From positions 1-29,486 of IMG/VR virus record IMGVR_UViG_3300017737_000057: a stretch of DNA of 29,486 nucleotides; one strand, given 5' to 3'. The notes beneath the pieces are model-generated. The model was not told the origin of the DNA. It saw nothing but the letters and a program-made list of their open reading frames with translations, and made no database searches. Positions 16,593-23,912 of the stretch are shown one piece after another. The DNA is from a virus. Lineage: Duplodnaviria; Caudoviricetes. Position numbers and translations under genes: made by a program. Every line of letters begins with the position of its first letter. The first letter of the stretch is position 1.

Positions 16593-16636
16593 CCGTAGAA
16601 ATCGCTTTATGGATTTTCTACTTATCAACTAATTAA
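16574..16636 (+). CDS. 20-aa hydrophobic micropeptide (not in ORF track)
   Basis: AAAGGA RBS; MLETIIAVEIALWIFYLSTN; stop overlaps the convergent gene's stop. Confidence 0.55.
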   Translation: MLETIIAVEIALWIFYLSTN

Positions 16637-17115
16637 ATATCATTAATATTATATAAATCTTTAATTGGAATACTCCAACATTTAGGTCTATCTAAACCGA
16701 AGTCGGTTAAATATTTATCTTCTAATTTAGTTATAAATGGAAACCAACCATGAATCGTATAACTATGGTTGCCATCAAAAGTTACTAAAACATATTTAGC
16801 TTTTTTTTCGCTAGGTCTTATTATTAAAGTATTGTTATTTTTTCTTTCTTGGGTTCTTATTTCTATATCTTTACCAACATCAGCTTTATCGTATCGGCTA
16901 TAAGTATCGGTATAACTACCATTAAAAAAAACATTTTTAGCTTTACAATAAGCAACTTCGCCCATAGCCCCTAAAATTCCTAAAGATAATGTTTTTTGTT
17001 CCGAACCTTTATAACCATGTCCGAACTTCTTTTTCATTTTAATATTTTCAATATATCTTTTATTGGCTACTTGCGAAGCCATCTCTATTTCGTAGGGTTC
17101 TAATTGAACAATCAA
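16633..17115 (-). CDS. Putative PD-(D/E)XK-like nuclease
   Basis: GAMGEVA...ADVG..IEIRT resembles the E..D..E-x-K/R catalytic layout. Confidence 0.55.
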   Translation of the reverse strand: MIVQLEPYEIEMASQVANKRYIENIKMKKKFGHGYKGSEQKTLSLGILGAMGEVAYCKAKNVFFNGSYTDTYSRYDKADVGKDIEIRTQERKNNNTLIIRPSEKKAKYVLVTFDGNHSYTIHGWFPFITKLEDKYLTDFGLDRPKCWSIPIKDLYNINDI

Positions 17116-17670
17116 ACTTCATTACCCCAACAATCCCAACCTTTTACCTTTTGCCTAGCAAATAGTTCAATTCTAGGTAAATCTCCGCAAAGATTGACTA
17201 TACTTGTTCTTACAATATCAGGTTTTCTTGAATGTTCTCTACGGCTATCAACAATTAATTGTTTAACATTTTTATAAAATCTTTTTGGTTTGCCTTTTGT
17301 AGCTAACAAACACATCTCAGGGTTACTTCTAGTCCAATAACCTAAACCCATAAAAAAATTATCGTTTGTTTTATTTTTCTTTGCCCATGTAAAGGCTACT
17401 GTTTTATATTTGAATCCCCATTTTTTAAGTAATTTAAAAGATTTTTCCAAGAAAGGGTCAGTAACCCACATAAACAAACAACAATCCACATCAGCAATAT
17501 CATTGATATTAAGATCCAATAAATCGCCAAATTCCATGCAAGAATAATGTTTGGTAGCATTACGGTCTTCACCTTTTTTAGAATAACTTTTAAAATACCA
17601 AGCTGGATCTGCATAAATTATTTTATACTTCTTCGAATCGTTTAATATCGGTTTTGACTGTTCTTTCATT
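17112..17670 (-). CDS. MT-A70 family N6-adenine methyltransferase
   Basis: IIYADPAW, LFMWVT, WGFKYKT, MGLGYWTRSNPE, HSRKP, RIELFAR..GWDCWGNE motifs; likely start MKEQSK near 17669-17670 rather than 17705. Confidence 0.92.
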
Positions 17671-17838
17671 TTCAAGCTCCTCTTGTTCTTTTTTTTGTTT
17701 TTCATATTTGTTTAATGTAGTTCCTGTATTAGAAAATTTTTTCCACCAACATTCAGCGCAATAATCTTTATTATTTTCAACAACATCAGCTTTGTTATCG
17801 CAATCACAACAGGTTCTCATATCTCCGTAAATGTTCAT
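17623..17838 (-). CDS. Small zinc-finger-like protein
   Basis: CCDC...YCAEC; AAAGGGA RBS. Confidence 0.7.
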   Translation of the reverse strand: MNIYGDMRTCCDCDNKADVVENNKDYCAECWWKKFSNTGTTLNKYEKQKKEQEELENERTVKTDIKRFEEV

Positions 17839-17874
17839 TATTCCCTTTAAAAACGAATCGTTTTATCATTCTTA

Positions 17875-17903
17875 AAATTACATTAATTATTTTTTTATTT
17901 CAA
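17875..17903 (-). promoter_or_regulatory. Leftward sigma70-type promoter of divergent pair
   Basis: TTGAAA-N17-TAATTT. Confidence 0.45.
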
Positions 17904-17908
17904 ATTAT

Positions 17909-17939
17909 TTGTATTGCTTTTAATCAATTTTTGTATAAA
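17909..17939 (+). promoter_or_regulatory. Rightward promoter candidate
   Basis: TTGTAT-N19-TATAAA, similar to 13870-13898; spacing non-optimal. Confidence 0.4.
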
Positions 17940-17950
17940 GATTCGAATCA

Positions 17951-18208
17951 ATGCTAATAAAGATAGGGAAACAATGGAAACATAGAAAGAATGGGGGTTG
18001 CTTTACCGCTGATCATCTTTCTCCCTCTCAATTAACTAAAAGTCCAGACCAATGGTTTTATGACTATTGCGTTCTTGATGAACAGGATAGGCGAAAGCGA
18101 CCCCCTAATATGAAAATGATATTTGGTGGAATTATAGGAAAGGCTTTACAAGATATAATTGTCCACAAATTGACTATTAAAGAAGTTATGAATGGAAAAA
18201 AAACATGA
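17951..18208 (+). CDS. N-terminal part of RecB/Cas4-like PD-(D/E)XK exonuclease
   Basis: DHLSPSQL....QWFYDY...MIFGGIIGKALQ equals the N-terminal signature of PDDEXK_1 exonucleases; no catalytic motifs. Confidence 0.65.
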   Translation: MLIKIGKQWKHRKNGGCFTADHLSPSQLTKSPDQWFYDYCVLDEQDRRKRPPNMKMIFGGIIGKALQDIIVHKLTIKEVMNGKKT

Positions 18209-18453
18209 TAGAAAAATTAGCAAGTATGCAAACACAAATAAGAAACCAAGAAAAAACTATTAAAACACAAGACCAAAAGATAAGAGAAAGAGATGAAGAA
18301 ATATTAAATTTAAAAAAAGAATTACAAAATCAAGAAAGAACAAAAGCTAAAAACCAAAGTTATATAGAATCAAAAGTACAAAAAGAAGTTGACCAAATAA
18401 ATGAAAACAAAAAAAGACAAAGGAAAGGGAAACATGACAACCAAACAAAGTAA
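18205..18453 (+). CDS. Coiled-coil hypothetical protein
   Basis: 82 aa heptad pattern; ATGA coupling. Confidence 0.7.
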   Translation: MIEKLASMQTQIRNQEKTIKTQDQKIRERDEEILNLKKELQNQERTKAKNQSYIESKVQKEVDQINENKKRQRKGKHDNQTK

Positions 18454-19024
18454 AGAAGAAGATAAAAGTAAGGGTTCTTTTAAAGATAGAAGAAAAGAAT
18501 GTATTGAAAAGTTAGATAGCGAAGTTAAGAAATTAGATTTTAAAGGTAAAAATTATCTTACAGTTGCTAGACGACATAATCATTTATTAAAATTTTTTCC
18601 AGAATCTAAAATTGACGAACAAGTTATATTTCAAGACGATACTAAAGTTATTTGTAAAAGTACGCTTTATATTGGCGATACACCTTACAGTGTTGGTCAT
18701 GCCGAAGAAAGAAGAGACTCTAGTTTTGTTAATAAAACTTCCGCTTTAGAAAATGCAGCAACTTCAAGTTTAGGAAGATGTTTAGCAAGTTTTGGATTAC
18801 ATGGTACGGAATTTGCTTCTGCTGATGAATTGGCAAATGCTTTAACACAACAAAAAGGAAACAACCAAGATTCAATTGAAAAAGAAATAGAAAAACAAGG
18901 TACGGAAACTAAATTAAATACTTTGTATTCTAATTGGATAACTAAAAACGAAAAAATAGAAGAACTATTTAAAACTAAACAAGAAAGCATAAAAACCAAC
19001 GGAGGAACAAATGCAAAATGGTAA
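18434..19024 (+). CDS. Single-strand annealing protein (Rad52/Sak-like)
   Basis: KGKNYLTVARR...GHAEE...SALENAATSSLGRCLASFG; start at 18434 behind AAAGGGA. Confidence 0.7.
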   Translation: MTTKQSKEEDKSKGSFKDRRKECIEKLDSEVKKLDFKGKNYLTVARRHNHLLKFFPESKIDEQVIFQDDTKVICKSTLYIGDTPYSVGHAEERRDSSFVNKTSALENAATSSLGRCLASFGLHGTEFASADELANALTQQKGNNQDSIEKEIEKQGTETKLNTLYSNWITKNEKIEELFKTKQESIKTNGGTNAKW

Positions 19025-19394
19025 ATCTAAAGACTGGGTATTATTCCCATACGATGCAAGTAACGAAAAAGCTATAAAGATTGATTTTTCAGGAAATACT
19101 TTATTAGCTAATGGCGAAAAAGGAACTTTATTAGGTTCTAAAGGTACTTCAAAAGACGGCAATACTAAATTTATAAGAATATTCGCCCAAGTAGGAGTAT
19201 TGTTTAAAGGAGATGACAATAAATTTACTGGAAATATAAACGCTCCAGAAATTGGTTCGTCTAAAAAGAACTTAATAGGTTGGCTTAACGATAAATCCGA
19301 AAAGCCTAATATTGCAGGTTATCAAAATGATCCGCAAGATAAACCACAACAAGAACAACAACAACAACCGAAAGATGATGCTTTGTCGTTTTAA
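19011..19394 (+). CDS. Putative single-stranded DNA-binding protein
   Basis: Beta-rich core, Q/P linker, acidic-aromatic tail DDALSF; follows SSAP. Confidence 0.6.
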   Translation: MQNGKSKDWVLFPYDASNEKAIKIDFSGNTLLANGEKGTLLGSKGTSKDGNTKFIRIFAQVGVLFKGDDNKFTGNINAPEIGSSKKNLIGWLNDKSEKPNIAGYQNDPQDKPQQEQQQQPKDDALSF

Positions 19395-19661
19395 GTGAAA
19401 GTATTCTTTTTAATTTTATATATAGTTAATGGTTCAAGTTCCGTTAGTTATGTAAAAATTCCTTTTGCTTATTCGTTAATACCGATTACTTGCGAAGAAG
19501 TTTTTTACGATAAAGTTGAATTTACTTTTATAGAAAATGATGGCTATTATGGACTTTATAAAAATAAAATTGTTTATGCTCATACTTGTATTGATGAACA
19601 TGGAAATTACTATAATGGCTATGAAGAAAAATTAGATTGGGAATTAGGCTATGGCAAATAA
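19395..19661 (+). CDS. Hypothetical protein with hydrophobic N-terminus
   Basis: 88 aa; GTG start right after previous stop. Confidence 0.6.
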   Translation: MKVFFLILYIVNGSSSVSYVKIPFAYSLIPITCEEVFYDKVEFTFIENDGYYGLYKNKIVYAHTCIDEHGNYYNGYEEKLDWELGYGK

Positions 19662-19962
19662 TGTAAAAGATATAAACCAAATAACTAAAGAATTAGAAAA
19701 ACTTTTAAAACAAAAAGAGGAACAATACGGAAGTTTTGATGTTACAAGCTATTCTTTTAAAGGTGTTTTGGAAAGTATTTTATCGGCTTATAATGGTAGA
19801 GTTGTAGTTTGTCCGCCTAATATCTTTGGAGTTTGTATGATCTTTGTAAAGTTATGGCGTTCAATAACGAATCAAAAATATAAAAAAGATACTTATGATG
19901 ATATTAGCGGATATAACGAATTAAATAGAAACCTTAAAATGAAAGAAAACAATGGTAAATAA
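19651..19962 (+). CDS. DUF6378-like protein (alpha-helical, nucleotide-pyrophosphatase-related)
   Basis: QYGSF...MIFVKLWR...KDTYDDISGY pattern. Confidence 0.6.
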   Translation: MANNVKDINQITKELEKLLKQKEEQYGSFDVTSYSFKGVLESILSAYNGRVVVCPPNIFGVCMIFVKLWRSITNQKYKKDTYDDISGYNELNRNLKMKENNGK

Positions 19963-20173
19963 AGTACCAATGACTCCAGTTATGTTAAGACTATTGAATT
20001 TTATTAAAAAATATGCCAAAAAGAACAAATATTATCCAACTTATCAAGAAATGGCTGATGGATTAAATTATAGAAGTAAAAATTCGGTAACAGTCATTAT
20101 CAATAAATTGGAAGCAAGAAACGATATAAAAAAGATAAAAGGTTACAGGAGGAATATAGAACTTAATGTTTAA
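19952..20173 (+). CDS. LexA-type winged-helix DNA-binding domain only
   Basis: LLNFIKKY....YYPTYQEMADGLNYRSKNSV..IINKLEARNDIKK....RNIEL; ends before linker and peptidase domain. Confidence 0.85.
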   Translation: MVNKVPMTPVMLRLLNFIKKYAKKNKYYPTYQEMADGLNYRSKNSVTVIINKLEARNDIKKIKGYRRNIELNV

Positions 20174-20429
20174 AGTAGAAAAAAATTCACTCCAAGAATT
20201 AGTCGTAAATTTTAAAGAATTTTTTGTCGGAGCTACAATAGAAGAAGCAACAAAGAAAGCTCATGAACAAGAAAAACCTCAAGATGACGCAACTATAACA
20301 ATAACTGACAGGCGTTTTCTTGGGTCTAATATAAAAATAGTCAGTGATAAAAAAGATGGCGATACTAGACCCCAAACAAATCAGGGATCTGAAAGTGAAG
20401 CAGGGAAAATGGGTACAAAGAATGAATAA
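20166..20429 (+). CDS. Hypothetical protein
   Basis: 87 aa, overlapping neighbours. Confidence 0.65.
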   Translation: MFKVEKNSLQELVVNFKEFFVGATIEEATKKAHEQEKPQDDATITITDRRFLGSNIKIVSDKKDGDTRPQTNQGSESEAGKMGTKNE

Positions 20430-20526
20430 ACACAAACAAATGATTCGTTCTTACCAAAATAAATTACCTATTATTTCACAAAAGATTTTAGATTTGGAAC
20501 AAAAACAAGAAAGTATTATTACTTAA
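20356..20526 (+). CDS. Small coiled-coil hypothetical protein
   Basis: MAILDPKQIRDLK...; ATG at 20356. Confidence 0.6.
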   Translation: MAILDPKQIRDLKVKQGKWVQRMNKHKQMIRSYQNKLPIISQKILDLEQKQESIIT

Positions 20527-20590
20527 TTTACTTTCTACCGCTAAAGTTGTACAAGGGATAAGGGGATTCTACGCTCAAAAGAAAGGAAAC

Positions 20591-20860
20591 ATGATAATAA
20601 TAGATAAAGAACAATTAACACTTGACGAAAAAGATTTTAATACAAAGTTAGGAAAAGCATTAAAAAATTTAAGAACAATAAGAAAGAAAACTCAAACACA
20701 AGTTGCCAAGCAAATAGGGGTAACATTTCAGCAAATACAGAAATACGAAAAAGGTGCAAACGCTATTAGCGAATTTAAAGCTAGAAGAATTTGTACTTAT
20801 TTAGGTAAAGATTATAATTTATTACAGGAGGAGTTTAATGTTTGTACCAGTTCAAGATAG
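20591..20860 (+). CDS. XRE/Cro-C1 family HTH regulator
   Basis: TQTQVAKQIGVTFQQIQKYEKGAN, typical alphaproteobacterial XRE signature; AGAAAGGA RBS. Confidence 0.9.
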   Translation: MIIIDKEQLTLDEKDFNTKLGKALKNLRTIRKKTQTQVAKQIGVTFQQIQKYEKGANAISEFKARRICTYLGKDYNLLQEEFNVCTSSR

Positions 20861-21470
20861 AATAGATAAATTAATTCCAGACCCAATTGAAGTAGATACA
20901 TTTAATTATTTATCTAGTATTGCCGAAAAATTTATTATTAATGGACATGAAGCTCACAAAACAATTCCAGGTTTTGATAAATGCAAACCAGAAATAGAAA
21001 CCTATAAAGTTTTTGATGGTATAGAAATTCCTGTTCATGGTTACGCAGATTTTAAAGGTGGCGTTATAATAGAAGATAAATGTAAATTTCCAAGAAGAGG
21101 TAAGATTAAAAAAGACGGAACTAGATCATGGTCAACTTCTAAACTACCTGATTCGATAATGCCAGATCACTTAATACAAACGGATTTTTACCATTATGCA
21201 ACCGAACTACCTATTTATATTTGTTATATAAATGAAGAAACCTTTAAAGTCTTTCATGCCGACAATTGCGAACAACTACAACCTGAAAGCATTAAATCAA
21301 GGCTATCACAATTTTTGCAAAGATGTAAAGTAAGACAAAACCTTTTAAGTGTAAGCCAAGATGTAAATATTATAAAAAACTATATCCAACCTGACTTTGA
21401 AAATTTTAAATGGAAAAATGAATTAGACCCAGATTATTTAATCAAAGCTAGAAAGTTTTGGAGTAGCTAA
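20838..21470 (+). CDS. Catalytic part of RecB/Cas4-like PD-(D/E)XK exonuclease
   Basis: PE...GYADF...IIEDKCK...HLIQTDFY (motifs I-III plus QxxxY); AGGAGGAG RBS. Confidence 0.75.
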   Translation: MFVPVQDRIDKLIPDPIEVDTFNYLSSIAEKFIINGHEAHKTIPGFDKCKPEIETYKVFDGIEIPVHGYADFKGGVIIEDKCKFPRRGKIKKDGTRSWSTSKLPDSIMPDHLIQTDFYHYATELPIYICYINEETFKVFHADNCEQLQPESIKSRLSQFLQRCKVRQNLLSVSQDVNIIKNYIQPDFENFKWKNELDPDYLIKARKFWSS

Positions 21471-21479
21471 AAATCCCAT

Positions 21480-21668
21480 CTACCAATTAAATTTAGAAGA
21501 TTCGTTTTCAAAAGTTTTATCTTCGTCAGCTTTTCTCATACATTCATAATGAGCATGACCTTTTGGGTAGAAAGAAACAAAAGAATCAGTATTAACAATA
21601 TTAATTTTACAATATCTGCATTTGCCGACATTAATTATTGATTGTATTTTGTTCTTCTTGCCCACCAT
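21480..21668 (-). CDS. Small zinc-finger-like protein
   Basis: CRYC...HYEC; GGGGAG upstream. Confidence 0.65.
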   Translation of the reverse strand: MVGKKNKIQSIINVGKCRYCKINIVNTDSFVSFYPKGHAHYECMRKADEDKTFENESSKFNW

Positions 21669-21703
21669 CTCCCCAGTTCAACTTAATGAACTACACCTAA
21701 ACA

Positions 21704-21850
21704 TTAAGAATTTCGTTTATAGGCTTTAGCACTTATTGTACTATTTTTTTTAGACCTACTTTTACCTGCCTTTTTTCTTTTATTGACATAGTACCAGAGT
21801 CCTTTTTTAACTACTTTTCCATCTTTTCGTTTATGATAACCTTTTTTCAT
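21704..21850 (-). CDS. Basic microprotein, 48 aa (not in ORF track)
   Basis: MKKGYHKRKDGKVVKKGLWYYVNKRKKAGKSRSKKNSTISAKAYKRNS. Confidence 0.7.
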   Translation of the reverse strand: MKKGYHKRKDGKVVKKGLWYYVNKRKKAGKSRSKKNSTISAKAYKRNS

Positions 21851-21852
21851 AA

Positions 21853-21945
21853 TTATTTTTTCTTCTTGTTCTTTTTCTTTTTCTTTTTGTTCTTCATTGG
21901 TGGTCTTCCTCTTTTACTTCCGTAAGTTCCTTTTCCGTATGGCAT
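21853..21945 (-). CDS. Basic AT-hook microprotein, 30 aa (not in ORF track)
   Basis: MPYGKGTYGSKRGRPPMKNKKKKKKNKKKK; AAAGGA RBS. Confidence 0.7.
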   Translation of the reverse strand: MPYGKGTYGSKRGRPPMKNKKKKKKNKKKK

Positions 21946-21947
21946 AG

Positions 21948-22088
21948 TTATTTCCTTTTGTTTTTATGTTTATTATTACCCATATACCAATCTCCAGGTT
22001 CATAGTTCCATTTTTTACCATGATGACCTCTTAAATCGGCATAAAGCATTCTAGCTTTCACTATGAATTTTAAAATACTTCTTACCAC
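21948..22088 (-). CDS. Basic microprotein, 46 aa (not in ORF track)
   Basis: GTG start; MVRSILKFIVKARMLYADLRGHHGKKWNYEPGDWYMGNNKHKNKRK. Confidence 0.6.
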   Translation of the reverse strand: MVRSILKFIVKARMLYADLRGHHGKKWNYEPGDWYMGNNKHKNKRK

Positions 22089-22330
22089 TTTTTGCAAGAC
22101 CAGTATCTTGCGGTTAGTTTATTATTAGCCGTACTACATTTATGTCTGGCTCTAAAACTCTTTCGTCTTGCTGGATTAGATTTTTTAATAGTCATGTTTG
22201 CATCTCCGTATCTAATTAATCTTACGGTGCTTCCTGACTTTGCAAGAACAGCAAATTTCTTTGTTTTTGTTCTAGCTCTTTTAGGTTTATTATAACCTGA
22301 AAAACTTTCGCCTCTATAATTTATTGCCAT
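22082..22330 (-). CDS. Conserved basic phage protein
   Basis: LIRYGD.NM...PARRKSFRARHKC...ARYWSCKKW motif. Confidence 0.8.
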   Translation of the reverse strand: MAINYRGESFSGYNKPKRARTKTKKFAVLAKSGSTVRLIRYGDANMTIKKSNPARRKSFRARHKCSTANNKLTARYWSCKKW

Positions 22331-22779
22331 TCCTTATAACCTTTTTCATCTTTAATTAATGCCATTCTTCTATCATCATTTTCAAAAGTTGTGTTTTTGG
22401 TACTTACATGAATCCAACCTGAATTTATATCCGAATCATTATAATATTCTAAAATTAACTGATCATAAGAATATTTTTCTTTGATATATGTTGCAACTTC
22501 TTTATTATCAACTCCAGGTATCTCAAAGTCCACCGCTTCTCCTTGACAATGCTGACTTGTCGGCTTTGAGCCTATCATGGTAGCTAATTGTTCGCTTCTA
22601 AATCCGCTAGTAACTTTAATTGGTAATTTATAATGATTTCTTAAAGGTTGAAGTATTTTTTCGCAAAGGTTTTGTAGGTTATTTATTTGTTGTTCGTTAG
22701 GTGTATTATCAATATCATTTCGTAAAGCCGTTTGGCTTTGTGTTAATTCTTTTAATGTAAAATTATCTGTCAGGTTCAT
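22321..22779 (-). CDS. Endolysin, peptidase M15A family
   Basis: NFTLKEL..S, TSGFRS, SQHCQGEAVD (HxxxxxxD), DQLILE, WIHVS; likely start 22779. Confidence 0.9.
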   Translation of the reverse strand: MNLTDNFTLKELTQSQTALRNDIDNTPNEQQINNLQNLCEKILQPLRNHYKLPIKVTSGFRSEQLATMIGSKPTSQHCQGEAVDFEIPGVDNKEVATYIKEKYSYDQLILEYYNDSDINSGWIHVSTKNTTFENDDRRMALIKDEKGYKEWQ

Positions 22780-22948
22780 TGTTTTCAAAATATTTATAAT
22801 CAAATTCAACAGCTTTCCAGCCGTCTTTTTTCTTTAGTTTGCTTCTTTTACCAAAATCCTCCGCTTCTTGTAAAGTAGTAAAAATTTGGTTTGTAAATAT
22901 TCTTAATTTTTCTGTATTCTTATCGGTAATAACTACCAAATACATCAT
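22763..22948 (-). CDS. Hypothetical protein
   Basis: 61 aa, coupled. Confidence 0.65.
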   Translation of the reverse strand: MMYLVVITDKNTEKLRIFTNQIFTTLQEAEDFGKRSKLKKKDGWKAVEFDYKYFENNEPDR

Positions 22949-23181
22949 GCCTTAATTTTAGGTTTTTTAGGCGGTAAAAGTATCTGTTGGCAATCAAATT
23001 TAAGATAAATACCATATTGATTAATTTCTTCTCTTCCCATTTCTACTGTTTTGTCCATAGATTTTTTATATCCATCAACCATACAAGTATAAAAATCGTC
23101 ATAAACCTTATCAAAGGTATGAGGTTCAAGGCACTGATTCGCCATAGAGGAACACATTACTATCGTTAATACTATACTCAT
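22945..23181 (-). CDS. Small Cys-containing protein with hydrophobic N-terminus
   Basis: 78 aa, 4 Cys, ATGA coupling. Confidence 0.65.
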   Translation of the reverse strand: MSIVLTIVMCSSMANQCLEPHTFDKVYDDFYTCMVDGYKKSMDKTVEMGREEINQYGIYLKFDCQQILLPPKKPKIKA

Positions 23182-23390
23182 TTATCTTCTTTTGGTTTTA
23201 ATTTATCTTCTAGTTCTTTAATTTTTTTGTTAGCTTGTTCTAAATCGGTAGAAGTATGTTCTAACTTTTGTAAGCAACGCTTATTAGCAGCGTCTTTAGA
23301 CTTACCAGCGTCTTGAAGTTCCGCTACTTCTTGTTTAAGTATTCTTACCTGATCTTTATATTCGTTTATTATCTCTAAACTTTCTGACAT
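23178..23390 (-). CDS. Coiled-coil hypothetical protein
   Basis: 70 aa heptads. Confidence 0.7.
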   Translation of the reverse strand: MSESLEIINEYKDQVRILKQEVAELQDAGKSKDAANKRCLQKLEHTSTDLEQANKKIKELEDKLKPKEDK

Positions 23391-23401
23391 ATAAAAAAAT
23401 A

Positions 23402-23782
23402 TTATTTTGGTTTTTTCATAATATCTGCACCTTTAAGACCATAGATTGCAGAAACAACTCCGATAAACAGAGCTTGATACCAGAATGGCATATTATTAAA
23501 ATACTCAAAAAACATTTCAACTTTTTTCATAATTTCTGGATCGTCAGAAAATATAGACCAAATAAGTAACATTACAGGTGCCGACACCAAAATTAAAACA
23601 AACTCATCTTTCCAGCCTTGCTGATTATTTTGCATAACAGCTTGTTTGTATTCAAGCTCACCTTTTGCCATTTTTTCCGCATGAGTAGTTTCTGCGTCAG
23701 CCATGAGCATTTTAGTTTTTTGTCGTTGCTTGTAAATATGCGAACCTGCATTTACAGCCAGTTTGATTGCACTTAACCACAT
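23402..23782 (-). CDS. Putative holin (3TM, GTA-holin-like)
   Basis: GWKDE motif followed by TM segments; AAGGAG RBS; near endolysin. Confidence 0.65.
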   Translation of the reverse strand: MWLSAIKLAVNAGSHIYKQRQKTKMLMADAETTHAEKMAKGELEYKQAVMQNNQQGWKDEFVLILVSAPVMLLIWSIFSDDPEIMKKVEMFFEYFNNMPFWYQALFIGVVSAIYGLKGADIMKKPK

Positions 23783-23784
23783 AA

Positions 23785-23892
23785 CTATCTCCTTTTTTTA
23801 AGATGTTTTAAAGTAAATTTTACTCTTTGTCGCCAAACAAAACCATATAATTTTCTTAATAAACATTCTAGCTTTACAAGTAAATATTCCAT
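23785..23892 (-). CDS. Basic amphipathic microprotein, 35 aa (not in ORF track)
   Basis: GAGG RBS; MEYLLVKLECLLRKLYGFVWRQRVKFTLKHLKKRR. Confidence 0.6.
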   Translation of the reverse strand: MEYLLVKLECLLRKLYGFVWRQRVKFTLKHLKKRR

Positions 23893-23912
23893 AATTAAAC
23901 CTCATAAAATCC

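Noticed and set aside
20527-20590. TTCTAC(C)GCT near-repeat upstream of the XRE gene, and AGTTCA-N6-TGAACT at 21675-21692
   Set aside because: Too short and single-instance to distinguish from chance
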